This document shows positions 24,140-35,828 of a stretch of 64,000 nucleotides of DNA, piece after piece. The stretch spans positions 20,924 to 84,923 of the forward strand of contig NW_003314380.1 in the NCBI RefSeq assembly GCF_000143415.4, given 5' to 3'. The stretch's first letter is position 1, and each line of letters starts with the position of its first letter. The notes under the pieces are model-generated. The model searched no databases, was not told the origin of the DNA, and worked only from the letters and a program-made list of their open reading frames with translations. The stretch is from Selaginella moellendorffii. Lineage: Eukaryota; Plantae; Lycopodiophyta. The position numbers were made by a program, and so were the translations under genes.

Positions 24140-25269
24140 TGCTCCCCTCTTGCACAATCCCCCGGGCCTGCTACAGCTCCGTGAAATCATCTAACTCACA
24201 CATCCCCCCCAATACCGCCTCTCTCCCTCTTTCTATCGAGAAGAAGAAGAAGAAGAAGAAGAAGGCTGGCTTGCTTAATTGAGCTCGCCAAGAGGAAGAA
24301 GAAGGAAAAAAAGGTAGAAGGAGGAGGAGTGGATGGAAAAAGGAAGGAGCAGTGAGCCTTATTTTTAACTGGTGAACCAAACCGGATGGTTGCTATTTGT
24401 GGAACGAGGGTTTGCGCTGTGCTCCACTACCCTCTACTGTTTAGCCTTTCCTCTTATAGAAATCTCGCCCGTTACTACCTCCCCATACGCGCCAGGCACA
24501 TCCTGGACAGGCGGTTTATATGATCCACACACTAGCCGACGCCTCCATCTGGGGGAGGCCAAAAAGCTTATCCAGAGCTCGAATACTCATCCATTCGCGC
24601 ATTCGAGATCGGGAGCGCATAGCTGTCGACCACGTGTCTAAAAGGAGATGAAATATCTTTCCGCTTTACCTTTATTTTCTAGCCTGTGGAACGATCCCAA
24701 TGCTTTGTGCCTGATTAAAGTAGCACTAGCACACAAGGAATTCAAGTAATATTTTCCTGAAAAATCGAGATGGAAGTTGCGTGTTTTGCCTCGCTTTCGA
24801 TTGTGTAAAAGATAAAGTGGCAGTAGTACCATTGCGCTTTTGATTTTGGAGGGGTCAATTCCTTGCGATGAATGTAATCTCTGGGACTGATAGAAATGTT
24901 TTGCGGGGGAGCTGTAAATGCTGAGAGTGTAGCGTCCGAATCACAGATGATTTGCTGCAGATACACCGAATCATAATCAAAAAAGGATTGCAAGCTTTCT
25001 CCTGAGTTTTTTTACCGAGTACGCTGGTTTTGCTTCGACGCACTGCCGAAAAAGACCCCCACTGATTGAGATTCGGATGCGTTTTTTCTGCAAAATCCCC
25101 AGCAACGGCCAATAAAAAAAAGCAGATTCGTAAACAGAATCCTGGCAATGAAAACAATGCACGAAAATATCTCAATCACTCACCCGGTAAATAAAAAAGA
25201 AAAGCTGAAAAGCTTTCGCTTTGAAGCATAAAGCACAGGCTTCGCCTTTGGAATTCTGTGTGCAGTGCA

Positions 25270-28200
25270 AATTCCGAATTGTCCAGGCCGCAATTAGTAC
25301 GCGGCGTGTGAGAAACAAAAAAATGACGGCAATTCTACATCAATTCCTTCAGCTGAAACCTTGTCCTTGCCCTCTCGGCAAAACAGCGACACTTGCAAGA
25401 GTGATCGGACTTCCTGGTGCACAATTATGTCATTTCTCCTAAAGAGGAACGAAGATGACTTACCTTTCGGAAAGAAGAGAAGATATTATATGATTCCCTG
25501 ACACCTTGAGGACGCTTTTCATCTTCTAGAGCTTTCTCTCGATGCTCCTGAGTCATGGCTTAATTGAGGATGAGCAGTGTAGCGAGATCGATGTATGCCT
25601 GTCCATTTTAGGCAGCGGTCTAGTGCCTAGCATGCGAGTTTGACGGACTGCGTCGAGATTTCAGAAGCACGGGCTGAGCAGCAACTCGAAATTATCCTGA
25701 ACGACTCTCGTTACATAAGGACTTGCTTGGTTCATCAACGTGGCACTGAAAAATTAAGCTTGAATGAAAAATGTGACAAAATGCTCTTACTTTCCATGGA
25801 AGAAGATTGCTGGCGAGTTAAAAGCCTCGCTCCAAGAACTGTAATCACTGCAGAAAGCTTCGGAGAAGAAAACCGGCTGACTGGTTTTCTCGCAGTCGAT
25901 ATTATATGCATCTGCTTGTCTTGAGCTTCTACCATTAACATGAAAATGTAGAGAAATGAAAGTCACAAGGACTTCCAGTACTTACAGGAAAAAAAAAAAT
26001 GCAGTACAACAAACGATCTCTTGCAATTGAGCATTTCGGTGGACAAGTAATAAAGGAAAATACCTTGGATTGCCTCATCGAATCCAACAGTAAGCTTTGC
26101 GTTCTCATTCCTGCATACAGAAAAAGAAAATCAACCGCCTTCAAAGTGATCCCAGTACTTACCGGTTTAAAGCGCCAGGAACTTTAATGGCCTCTCGTTT
26201 ACCGACGCTTGTTCTCTGCAAAGAGCTTGAAGAAAATGTATTCCAGTTACAAAAGGATCTGCACAATCTGTGCGTGCGAAACTAAGCTACAGTTACTAAT
26301 CTCACAGCTGGAAACTGCAAATTGTAAAGTTTTAAAGAGATTTACTCAGCTTTGAGGGTAGCACTTAATGCTGCTGCGTGTTGCGTCGTTTGAACTTCAT
26401 AGAAGGTGAAGGTTAGTCTTTTTAGCTCTAGAAATAACTGCAACTTGGCCTTTCCTCACACTGTTTGTTTGTAGAGATTCACATATAGTTTCCAAAGTTA
26501 GCTCTATATACAAGTTTAGAACAGTGACTTTGTGGAAGAACAAACTAGAAAAACTGATTTACCAGATTAAGTGGCAATATCACCAGAACAATAGTAGAAT
26601 GAGAAACGGCGCAAACTTGTGTGCTTACAAGCCGAAATTAATAAGCTGCTTGAAATCCGGATTTTTCCAAGAATGATGAACCTGTTCCTTCCCCAGAGTT
26701 TAATCAGTCATTAATTAATCAGGCACTCAGGCTTGACGACATGCACGAAACAAAAGGTTCCAGCCAAAAAAAGTCAAACAGTTTGATGCTTTTGCAAAAA
26801 TGTTTGTTGGAAACTGCTGCAAGAATTGCTACAGTTACTTGAAAGATAAAGGACTGATCGGCAGAGTATAGGAGACTTACATAATGGCGACGGCGATTTC
26901 AATAGGGACACAATGTCTTTCGCAGCGAGGATACTTACCACTAATACATATTTCCGGATCATGGCCTCAATAATGAGTAGAAGATTGAAAGAATTGACGC
27001 TTTAAGATTTGTTGGTCTTGAGCGTCTATGACAACGTAGAGGAATGTTAAGCGCAAAGACATGTCACCAAAGACATGTCACCCACACACAGGAGTTCCAG
27101 TAATTACAGAAAGAAAAACATGCAGTACAAGAAACGACTCTCTAGTTGTGATAGAGAAAAATAGAAAACGAACCTTCAAAACCCGGAGTGCCTCGTCGAA
27201 GCCAGCAGTAAGCTTTGCGTTGTGTATGCCTGCATACAGAAAAACAAAACAAACAAGCCAGCTTCAAAGTGATCCCAGTAGAATAAAAGCTTACCAGTTT
27301 AAAGTGCCAGAAACTTGAATGGCTTCTCACCAAGAGTTTTAGCAATAGAAAAGAGCCTGAAGAAAATGTTTTCCAGTTTCAAAAGGATCTGTACAATCTG
27401 CGAGAGGCTAAGCTACAGTTTACAAGATTTGAAAGCTTTGAAGGAAAGTTACTCAGCTTTGGTGCTGCTGCGTGTTGCGTCGTTGGAAGTTCATAGGTAG
27501 GTCTAGAAAAAAGAGCAACTTAGCCTTTCCTCGACCAAGCTGTATGTACAAGCTTAGAAACTGGCCTTGTTTGCGAAGCTCCCGTGCACTTTCTTGCGGA
27601 TCTGGGCCACTGCAAAGGATGACGTTATGATGAACAAAGCATCTCAAACCAAACATTTCATGTATGCGAAATAACCTCCACCTTGAGAAGCACGTTTGCA
27701 GGCAAACAGCAAATACGTATCCACCTCCAGAAAACCCCAGCGGGAATCGTCCACTCGGCAGCTAGAATCCACGCCGAGACTCGCAACAAACTTTGGATGG
27801 AGACCCAGATGCCTAGACGTACTGCAAGATCACGTTTTTATCATCGAAGCAGAGACCAGAAAAAATAAATTCTAAGAGGACATTTCACCGCCTCAAGAAT
27901 CAAGCGAAAAGAAGACTTTTATAAATGCGTAAAATGGATGGAAACCTTTGCACGCCTCTTGTATCTAGCCGACATGTAACACGAGTAGAATGGCGCCAGG
28001 AAGGCATGAAACATGTCGTTCCCAGAATTAAAATGGTTCTGTAGAACCAGACAGTGATGGATCCCAACCACATGAAATCCCTCCCATCTAAGAGCCCTAA
28101 AAAGGCCAACCCAGATCCAGAACTAAGGCAGCTGGCTCTTAGATATTTTGACTCGAGATCCGCCACGTCATCCAGGTATTATGAAAATAGTAGACCCAAA

Positions 28201-30400
28201 GAATGCTCTGGTTTGAAAAAGCCTTAGGTAGCGCATCGTGCGCACGACCAGGACGCGAGGATGGCGACCAGGAGCGCAATCTGGAGCGTTCCATGCCCAG
28301 ATCCAAGACTCCGGCATGCCATGGTCGCCCCGGATGTTGAGCACCCGGATGGCGTTGGAGTCGTATGGATTGGTGGCGGGCTCTCGGACAAGCTGGACCA
28401 TCTCGCCGTTGGTCACCGTGCCGTGGTAGTACCGCAGACCCACAACGTTAACCGTGAGACAACCCACCAGGATCACATCCCTGGACAATCTCCGCTCACT
28501 CCCGCGCCATCGATCGCCGGTTCCTCGTCCAGATGTATGGCCGCTGCGGCTGCTTCCACGGCGTCCAGGCGGCCTTGGGATCGCAATGTCTTCTCGTGGA
28601 CGCTTACGAAAAGGAGATGAAAAGAACTGGTGAGAGCGTCACTGTAATCGATCGAGCTGCATACCAAAGAGATACAATCACACCCAGACGAAGAAAAAGT
28701 GAGAAAGAACAAAAGAAAAGAATTCTCCTGGCTTACCCATTGTGAATGCTTCTTGCTCCATCCCGGAATCATCGCTTCTCATGTTGCATCGGTCCTCAAA
28801 ATCCATGACACAGGAGATGCCCGAGCAACCTCCCGGTAAGAGAAAGGACTTCGAAGTCTCCGATCTGTTGGAGAACTGTGCAGTGCAAATTCCGGAGCGT
28901 CCAGTGATCACTCCTACAAGTGTCGCTGTTTTCCCGAGGATCAGGGACGAGGTAGAATTGCCGTCATTTTCTGTTTCTCGCATGCCGCGTACTAATCCCG
29001 CAGCTGCACGAGAAACCAAATTTTATGTCATTCCAGAGTTCCGGCTTACCTTCGGAAAGAAAATTACGATTTCGTGATGAGCAGCAAAACTTGAGACTCT
29101 TTTCTCCCGTGGGGAAAACCAGGCTAAAAAAGTCGAATTTACTTATGAATGCGGGAACTCCGAAGCGCCAGTTTCAGAATAAAAAACTTAGAATCGAGGA
29201 AAACCTCAAAATTTGTTACACTTACCTGAAAGGATGAAGGACTCATCGGCTGAGTGTAGGAACCTTGACATAATGCTGAAGGCCATTTCAATCGCTGGAC
29301 ATTATGCCTTTCCTCACTCTCCAAACGTGTTTGGCTGGCAAAGCAAAAAAGACTAGAATCAAAAGACTTTGGGATAGTGTCTACCATTAACATGAAAATG
29401 TAGAGAAATGTTAAGCACAAAGACACCAACACAGAACTTCCAGTAAAAAGCATGCAGTACAACAAAACATCTCTCCTGCAATTGCAAAGTTGTGAGGATT
29501 CTAAGTATAGTCGGTGGAACAGATAGTAAAGAAAAAGAACCTTCAAAACCCGGATTGCCTCGTCGAAGCCAGCAGCAAGCTTTGCATTGTTTATGCCTGC
29601 ATACAGAAACTTCAATCTCAAAGTTTTAGCGACGCTTTGTTCTCTAGACGTTTCTGCGAGAGGATAAGCTACAGTAACTGGTTTAATCTCACCCATCTCC
29701 CAGTTGGAGGAAACAAAAATTTTTGTGGGAACTTACTCAGCTTCGAGTGTAATGTTGCTCAAGCTCTCTCTTTCGTGAGTTCTCTCATCGCTGCGATCAA
29801 TTGTGTCGTTCTAGGTTGCTCTGTTTTTTAACCTTAGCCTCTCCGACACTGTTTGTTTGTGGAGCTTCACGGTGTATTTTAAATGTAACAAGCTGGCGTT
29901 GTTTGCGAAGTTCCCGTGTTTTCTTGCGGATCTGTGCCACTGTAATGGATGGCGTTATATGAACGATGTGTGTAATCACAATCAAATTCCAAACGAAACA
30001 TTTCACAAAAGCCATGATTTTTCGAACAAGATTTGCCAGGCAAACAACAAACACATCAAGAAAAATACGATACCTCCAAGTCCGCAGCTCATGTCACTTT
30101 GGCCAAAACTCGGATTGAGACCTCGGGACGGAGGCATACTGCAAGCTTGGACGGTCATTGCTTTCCCCAGGAGCTTTGGACGGCCATTATTGCATTGTGT
30201 CACCAGCTAGCATCGTGATGCCAATTCCGAGATCACGTCAGCAGAGAGGAGAAAAATCATGTACACTCCCTCAAGATCGAAAGCCAAGAAACCAGGAAAG
30301 AACATTTAACATTTTCTAACGTTGCGCCCCTTCTATAACTCGCCGACGCGTAGCGCCAGGAAGGCATGAGACATGTCGATCCAAGATACACTCACCTCGT
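25270..30400 (-). pseudogene. Three diverged tandem copies of an unidentified multi-exon gene (core copies ~25915-26480, ~27010-27615, ~29375-29945)
   Basis: Shared blocks such as ATGCAGTACAA, GCCTC(G/A)TCGAA...AAGCTTTGC...CCTGCATACAGAAA and TTACTCAGCTT recur in the same order three times. Minus-strand GT/AG sites are conserved, but frames are broken differently in each copy. Confidence 0.7.
27900..28612 (+). pseudogene. Duplicated upstream region and 5' end of the PPR gene, interrupted by an antisense HIRAN-domain fragment
   Basis: Matches ~30290-30810. 28320-28473 on the minus strand encodes ILVGCLTVNVVGLRYYHGTVTNGEMVQLVREP.NPYDSNAIRVLNIRGD, a RAD5/HLTF-type HIRAN motif. Confidence 0.85.
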
Positions 30401-30520
30401 GTTTGATCCTAACCGCACGAAACTCCCGAATTTAAGAGCGAAATCCAGGGCATGAAGTGACTCAGTGGAGGACCAAAAGAATATGCTCTGGTTTGACCGA
30501 GAGAGAAGAAGCCCTAATGC

Positions 30521-32980
30521 ATGCTTCGCACCTCCAAATGGGGGCGGCTCGCGCGCGCGGTGCTCCAGTCGCACAGCCTCGATCTCCGCGAGCAGGAGAA
30601 CGCGTTCGCGAAGGTGGTGCGCGAATGCGGGCAGGAGCGCGATCTGGAGCGCGGGCGGAGGATCCATGCACAGATCCAGGACGCCGGCATCGCCTCCAAC
30701 ACATTCCTGGGCAATCTCCTCGTCCAGATGTATGGCCGCTGCGGCTGCTTCCACGGCGCGCGGGCGGCCTTCGATGCCATCCAGCGCCGGAATGTCTTCT
30801 CGTGGACGCTCATCGTCGCCGTGTTCGTCCAGCTCGGGCACCTTGACAAAGCCAAGGAGATGTTTGATCGGGCGCCAGAGCAAGACCTTGTGTCGTGGAC
30901 TGCGATGGTTACCGCATATGCCCAAGCCGGGCATCTTGAGGAGTCTAAGTTTATGTTTGATCTCATGCCGCAGCACAACGTCATTGCGTGGAACGCGATC
31001 CTGGCAGCGTACGCTCACAACGAAAACCCGGATGAGGCGAAACATGTCTTCGACTCGATGACGGAGCGCGATGTTCTGTCGTGGAACTCGATCATTTCTG
31101 TGTTTGCCCAAAAAGGGCATCTGTTGCAAGCGCGAGATGCGTTTGATCTTATGCCCAGCAGAGACATAGTCTCGTGGAACGCAATCGTGAACGGCAGTGC
31201 CGTGAACGGGTATCTCGTCGAGTCGAGGCTGCTCTTTAACTCCATGCCCGAGCGGCAGATGATCTCCTGGAACACTCTTCTCTCAGCGTATGCCCGAAAC
31301 GGGCATTTGCAGGAATCCGAGTGGATCTTCCGCTTCATGCCGTTTCACGATCTCGTCTCGTGGGACGTGATGATCACCGCCTACAACCAGGCGGGTCTTT
31401 TCTACGAAGCCAAGCGAATTTTTGACAGCATGGGCGGGAGATGCTCGGTATCCTGGAATGCAATGGCGCAGGCATATTCCCAGGCAGGGCATCTCCAGGA
31501 GGCGCGCGACGTGTTTGACTGCACGCCCCAGCGTGACTGCGTGTCGTGGAACATCCTCATCGTGGCATATTCCGAGCACGGGTATCTGGAGGAATCTTAC
31601 GCGCTCTTCAATCTCATGCCGGCGTGGAACGGAATCTCGTGGAACATCATGGCCACTACATATGCCCTGCGAGGGCACATCCAGGAATCTAAGCGAATCT
31701 TCAACTCCATCCCTTCCAGAAGCCTCGTACTGTGGAATTCCATGGTGGCGGCGCACACCCAGAGAGACCATCTCCTAGAAGCGAAAGCGCTGTTTGAAAA
31801 GATGCCCGGCTGGGACGTGGTATCCTGGACGACCATGATCCAGGGATATTCCGAGTCCGGGAATCTTGAGGAAGCCAAGGGCTTGTTCGATCGAATGCCT
31901 GGAGTCTGTGCCGGATCCTCGTCCGCTAGGGACTACCCGTGCTGGAACGCGATTCTCTCGGCATTCGTTCACAAGTCACGGATGGACAACGCAAAGTCCG
32001 TCTTTGACAAGATGCCCATGCACGACGTCGTCGCCGCCACCTCCATGGTGGTGCTCTACTCGTCACCCCGCGGCCATCTCCGCGAGGCCAAGCTCGCCTT
32101 CGACTCCATCCCCGCCCGCGACTCCACCGCCTGGACGATCCTCATCTCGGCCTTCGCGACCAACGCCGACCTCGCCGGCGCGGAGCGCATCTTCGATCTC
32201 GTCCCGCTCCGGAGCTCCTTCAGCTGGAACTACATGATCCAGGCCTTCGCCACCGATCCGCGCAGCCTGGATCGAGCCAAGCAGGCCTTCGACGCGATGC
32301 CGCAGCGCAACGACGTCCCCTGGAACGCCATGATCGGGATGTACTCGAGCAGCGGCGCGGTGGGCGATGCGCGCGCCATCTTCGATCGAATGCCCGCGCA
32401 CGAGGTCCTGGCGTGGAGCGCCATCCTCACGGCCTACGCGCAGTCGGGCGACCTCGAGTCCGCTGCCCGGATCTTCGACTCCACGCCGCTCCACGACGCC
32501 GTCTCGTGGAGCGCGATCATCTCGGCGCACTGCCACAAGGGCCGGATCCACGACGCCGTCTTTCTCTTCCGCTGCCTCAACCTCGAGGGGATCCAGCCCG
32601 ACGAGGTGAGCTTCACGAGCATCCTCCACGCTTGCAGCCACGCGGGGATGCTGCGCGAGGCGTGGAGTGGATTCACGAGCATGGTGGCCGACTTTGGACT
32701 GGCCGCTTTGCACGACCACTACTCGTGCATTGTAGACGTGCTGGGACGGACGGGAAGGCTTGCGGAGGCCGAGGAGCTCGTCCAGACCATGCCGTTTCTG
32801 CCAAACTCTGTCGAGTGGACGAGCTTGCTGGGCGCTTGCAAGGTGCACGGCGATCTGGGCCGGGCTGCTCGGTGCGCGAGCTTTGCAAACGGGCTCGGCG
32901 CCACGCATTCCTCGTCGTACATGCTGCTGTCCAGCGCATATACGACGACGAGTCCCATGGCCAAGGTTAGTCTAACATGA
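30521..32980 (+). CDS. PLS-class pentatricopeptide repeat protein with truncated E extension, no DYW
   Basis: 819-aa intronless ORF with many ~31-aa S-type repeats (FD.MP.RD.VSWN), PDEVSFTSILHACSHAG, HYSCIVDVLGRTGRL and WTSLLGAC. It ends soon after SSYMLLSSAY. Confidence 0.95.
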   Translation: MLRTSKWGRLARAVLQSHSLDLREQENAFAKVVRECGQERDLERGRRIHAQIQDAGIASNTFLGNLLVQMYGRCGCFHGARAAFDAIQRRNVFSWTLIVAVFVQLGHLDKAKEMFDRAPEQDLVSWTAMVTAYAQAGHLEESKFMFDLMPQHNVIAWNAILAAYAHNENPDEAKHVFDSMTERDVLSWNSIISVFAQKGHLLQARDAFDLMPSRDIVSWNAIVNGSAVNGYLVESRLLFNSMPERQMISWNTLLSAYARNGHLQESEWIFRFMPFHDLVSWDVMITAYNQAGLFYEAKRIFDSMGGRCSVSWNAMAQAYSQAGHLQEARDVFDCTPQRDCVSWNILIVAYSEHGYLEESYALFNLMPAWNGISWNIMATTYALRGHIQESKRIFNSIPSRSLVLWNSMVAAHTQRDHLLEAKALFEKMPGWDVVSWTTMIQGYSESGNLEEAKGLFDRMPGVCAGSSSARDYPCWNAILSAFVHKSRMDNAKSVFDKMPMHDVVAATSMVVLYSSPRGHLREAKLAFDSIPARDSTAWTILISAFATNADLAGAERIFDLVPLRSSFSWNYMIQAFATDPRSLDRAKQAFDAMPQRNDVPWNAMIGMYSSSGAVGDARAIFDRMPAHEVLAWSAILTAYAQSGDLESAARIFDSTPLHDAVSWSAIISAHCHKGRIHDAVFLFRCLNLEGIQPDEVSFTSILHACSHAGMLREAWSGFTSMVADFGLAALHDHYSCIVDVLGRTGRLAEAEELVQTMPFLPNSVEWTSLLGACKVHGDLGRAARCASFANGLGATHSSSYMLLSSAYTTTSPMAKVSLT

Positions 32981-33046
32981 TTTATTCTAACACACTGTTT
33001 CAGAGTAGAACAAAGTACTTGAGAAAGATTCTTAAGATTTGTGAAG

Positions 33047-33295
33047 TTAAGGATCACAGCAACTACGGGAACCTGTGTCCATGCAACAATCGCCAATTAA
33101 ATCAGTGGGATGTATTTTCACGGACGATGTTGTAGGTGGTGTAGTAGTACTTTCAGTTTCTACCGCTGCAAAATGTACACTTTCAAGGTGAAAATCCTAA
33201 CACAGAGTGATTTTCTTACATGTTTTCCTGCAGTCGGACAGAGACGCTACAACAAGGAGAACCATCAAGAACACAACTGCAATGTATGGCTTCAT
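33047..33295 (-). CDS. Putative small secreted cysteine-rich peptide precursor, 64 aa, 2 exons (33295-33220, 33165-33047)
   Basis: Signal peptide MKPYIAVVFLMVLLVVASLSDC; 54-bp phase-1 intron GTAAGA...TTTTGCAG; open exon 2 SVETESTTTPPTTSSVKIHPTDLIGDCCMDTGSRSCCDP*. Confidence 0.72.
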
Positions 33296-33547
33296 AATTC
33301 TTTTTAGTGTAGAAGTTTTGGAGTGTAACAACGCCTTTAGTGGATATCCGTTGCGAATATCTATGTTGTAGAAAAAACAAATACAAACCAAAACATTTTT
33401 GTCAATATTGAAAAAGGATTAAAAAAATGTGAAGAAAAGATTATACTCATTATACTTACCTTTTTCTTCTTAACTAACTTCTAAGGATGTCTCATAAAAT
33501 TATTTAATAAGTGTTTAGGCTAACTAATTATACATGGTTTATGTAGT

Positions 33548-34050
33548 TTACTTGATCGTCATTATCTTGACAAATTCTACATAGTTGACGTTCCCATCAC
33601 CATCTACGTCCGCTTCTCGCATCATCTCCTCCAGCTCCTCTTGTCCCAGCTTCTGTCCCATGCTCGCCATCACTTGGCGGAGCTCCACGGCGCTAATGTA
33701 GCCATTCTGATCGCGATCGAACACGCGAAATGCCTCCTTGAGCTCCTCCTCGCACTCGCCACCTCTTATCTTGCGAGCCATGAGGGCGACGAACTCGGGG
33801 AACTCCACTGTGCCGCTCTTATCCTTGTCAACCTCGTCTATCATATCTTGCAGCTCCACTTCCGTTGGATGCAGGTCAAGGGATTTCATCACGGCCCCGA
33901 GCTCGCGAGTGGTGATGCGCTCTGTCAAATGCAAAAGGTTTTTAGAAATCACTGGCTTGAGACCTGGGAAGTCAGACCATCGCCGTCTTTGTCGAACAAG
34001 CTGAATGCTTCCTTCAGCTCAGAGACCTGCTCCTCAGTCAGCTCCGCCAT
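33548..34050 (-). CDS. Calmodulin-like protein (4 EF hands), 2 exons
   Basis: [24 protein letters not shown], an intron at the conserved calmodulin position, then EF loops [24 protein letters not shown] and [12 protein letters not shown]. Confidence 0.95.
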
Positions 34051-34185
34051 GGGGGAATGAAGAGGAAAAAAAAGAGAGAAAGGAATACTACCTTCTGGAA
34101 AATCTCACCTTTACTCCACACAAAAGAGTAACATTTTGTCATGTGGATCTCATTTTTTTGTAATATTGGTGAACGGATAGTTCAT

Positions 34186-34977
34186 CTAATCTTTAACGTC
34201 CAAGTCCGACACATATGGTTCTCGTCCCCTCTGCCAAAGCTTTAAATATCACTCAAACTTGCAAGGAATAGAAAATCAATGTCAACCTGTCCGTCTGGGC
34301 GTTCAACAACACCTCCACGAGTATACGTCGGCAGCCTGTCCATGTCTTTCGGATCAAAAGTTTTTAATGGATCACGGGGAACTCCGGCTCCTTCGTTCGG
34401 CGGAGCTTTGGACTCGTCGGGGGGATTGTTTATCACCACGTAGCCGCCAACAAGGCCTGCCACCAGTAAGAATGTGAATCCCAACAGAACTGGATAGCGA
34501 ACTCGGAGTGGATCAAGTCCAAGTTGTCCGAAAATCCCTTTTCCCGTCACAACTTCCATTACCAGAGCCGCCTGCAGACGCTTGTAAGTTTGGCGGAAGA
34601 GCTGCGAATCCAGCTTACCACAACGCCAACCATAGCGAATCGCCCAACTAGGCGCTCCTGAAAGTTGCCAAATCCAAAGAAGGAACCAGGACCACCAAGC
34701 CCGTACTGGCTGGTTCCTTGCTCACCCCCACCACCACCACCACCGCTGCTCTCAGCGCGAACTACAAAATTCTCAATCGTCTCTAGCACTGTTTTCTCTT
34801 TCTGCCTAGAAAATCAAAAACTCGTCAAGTACCTGTGAGCCGCAGCGGCACTCCGAGTTTGGGACTTTGCCTCCATTTTTTGTTCTCGCCCAGCCAAGCA
34901 TTCCTGGAGAACGTTGTTGGTATTCCTGGAATGTTAGCAACGCAAACGGACGAAGCCAATGTCAAGCGTTGCGCCAT
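34186..34977 (-). CDS. Light-harvesting-like stress-enhanced protein (two-helix SEP/LIL), 4 exons
   Basis: Transit peptide, chlorophyll-binding motif FGFGNFQERLVGRFAMVG...MEVVTGKG, and a second hydrophobic helix. Confidence 0.85.
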
Positions 34978-35152
34978 TTCCACATCAATCGGAGCTTACA
35001 CTGCTCTTTTTGCAGCGAACACGTGGAGAGCTACAGACCATACCTGTGAATCTTAAAGAAGGATGGATTTATCCGAGTCAAACACGTTTGCTCGCACGAA
35101 ATTCGCTTAACTCTGCTCGTCATCCTCAGCGTAGAATTATTAAAAACTACGC

Positions 35153-35742
35153 TACCTCTTGCATGTTGCAATTGCGTCCCGTCCAGTCCAAGCAAATCCT
35201 TTCCAATCACGACAAAAATGGCGACTAACACATAGCAATAGTCATGGTAGGATTGGAAATGCAACCAAGTTACCTGAGTTCTGGTAGCATATAAGCTTTT
35301 GGAGCCAATCAGGCCCCAAGGAAAAAGCTCGAATCTCATCTTTAAAGTGGCACAGCTTCTGGAAAATCCGGACGAAAAGCAAAGCAAACAGTAGTTGTCA
35401 AAGAAATTTCTAAACAATTACCGATGTTTTGTACCTCTCATAGTGCTTGAGCTCGACAAGTCCATAAACCTGTGCAAGGCGAGCTAATGCTAGCAAAATT
35501 TCTCGATACGAAAGCATGATTCCCCTCCACCACAAAAGGCGAAAGATATTCTATTCCCCAAACCTCCAGGCGCCACGTCCAGGATCGCAAGCCTCTGGCA
35601 GCATCGAGCGCTTGGAGCACCGCAGCCATAGCCGGAGCACCGCAAAAACCCTAGAGAGAGTGTTTGAAAATTGGCGGGAAAAAGAGGGAGACGATTCAAC
35701 GCTACCGTACAGTCTCTTTGCTCCACGACATAGAGCAAACAT
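35153..35742 (-). other. Apparently spliced transcription unit of unknown coding status, directly upstream of the SEP gene
   Basis: A series of 4-5 short GT...polypyrimidine-AG introns. The longest spliced ORFs are ~50-67 aa with no recognisable domain. Confidence 0.4.
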
Positions 35743-35828
35743 TCCTCGCTTCTTCCTTCGCCCGCGCTTCCTCTCGACGCTCCCTCGCTACATCGCAATG
35801 CAGACCTAATCGTTTAGAGCTCTAAGCT

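Noticed and set aside
30392-33096. Many overlapping antisense and alternate-frame ORFs over the PPR gene
   Set aside because: Shadow ORFs from GC-rich codon usage.
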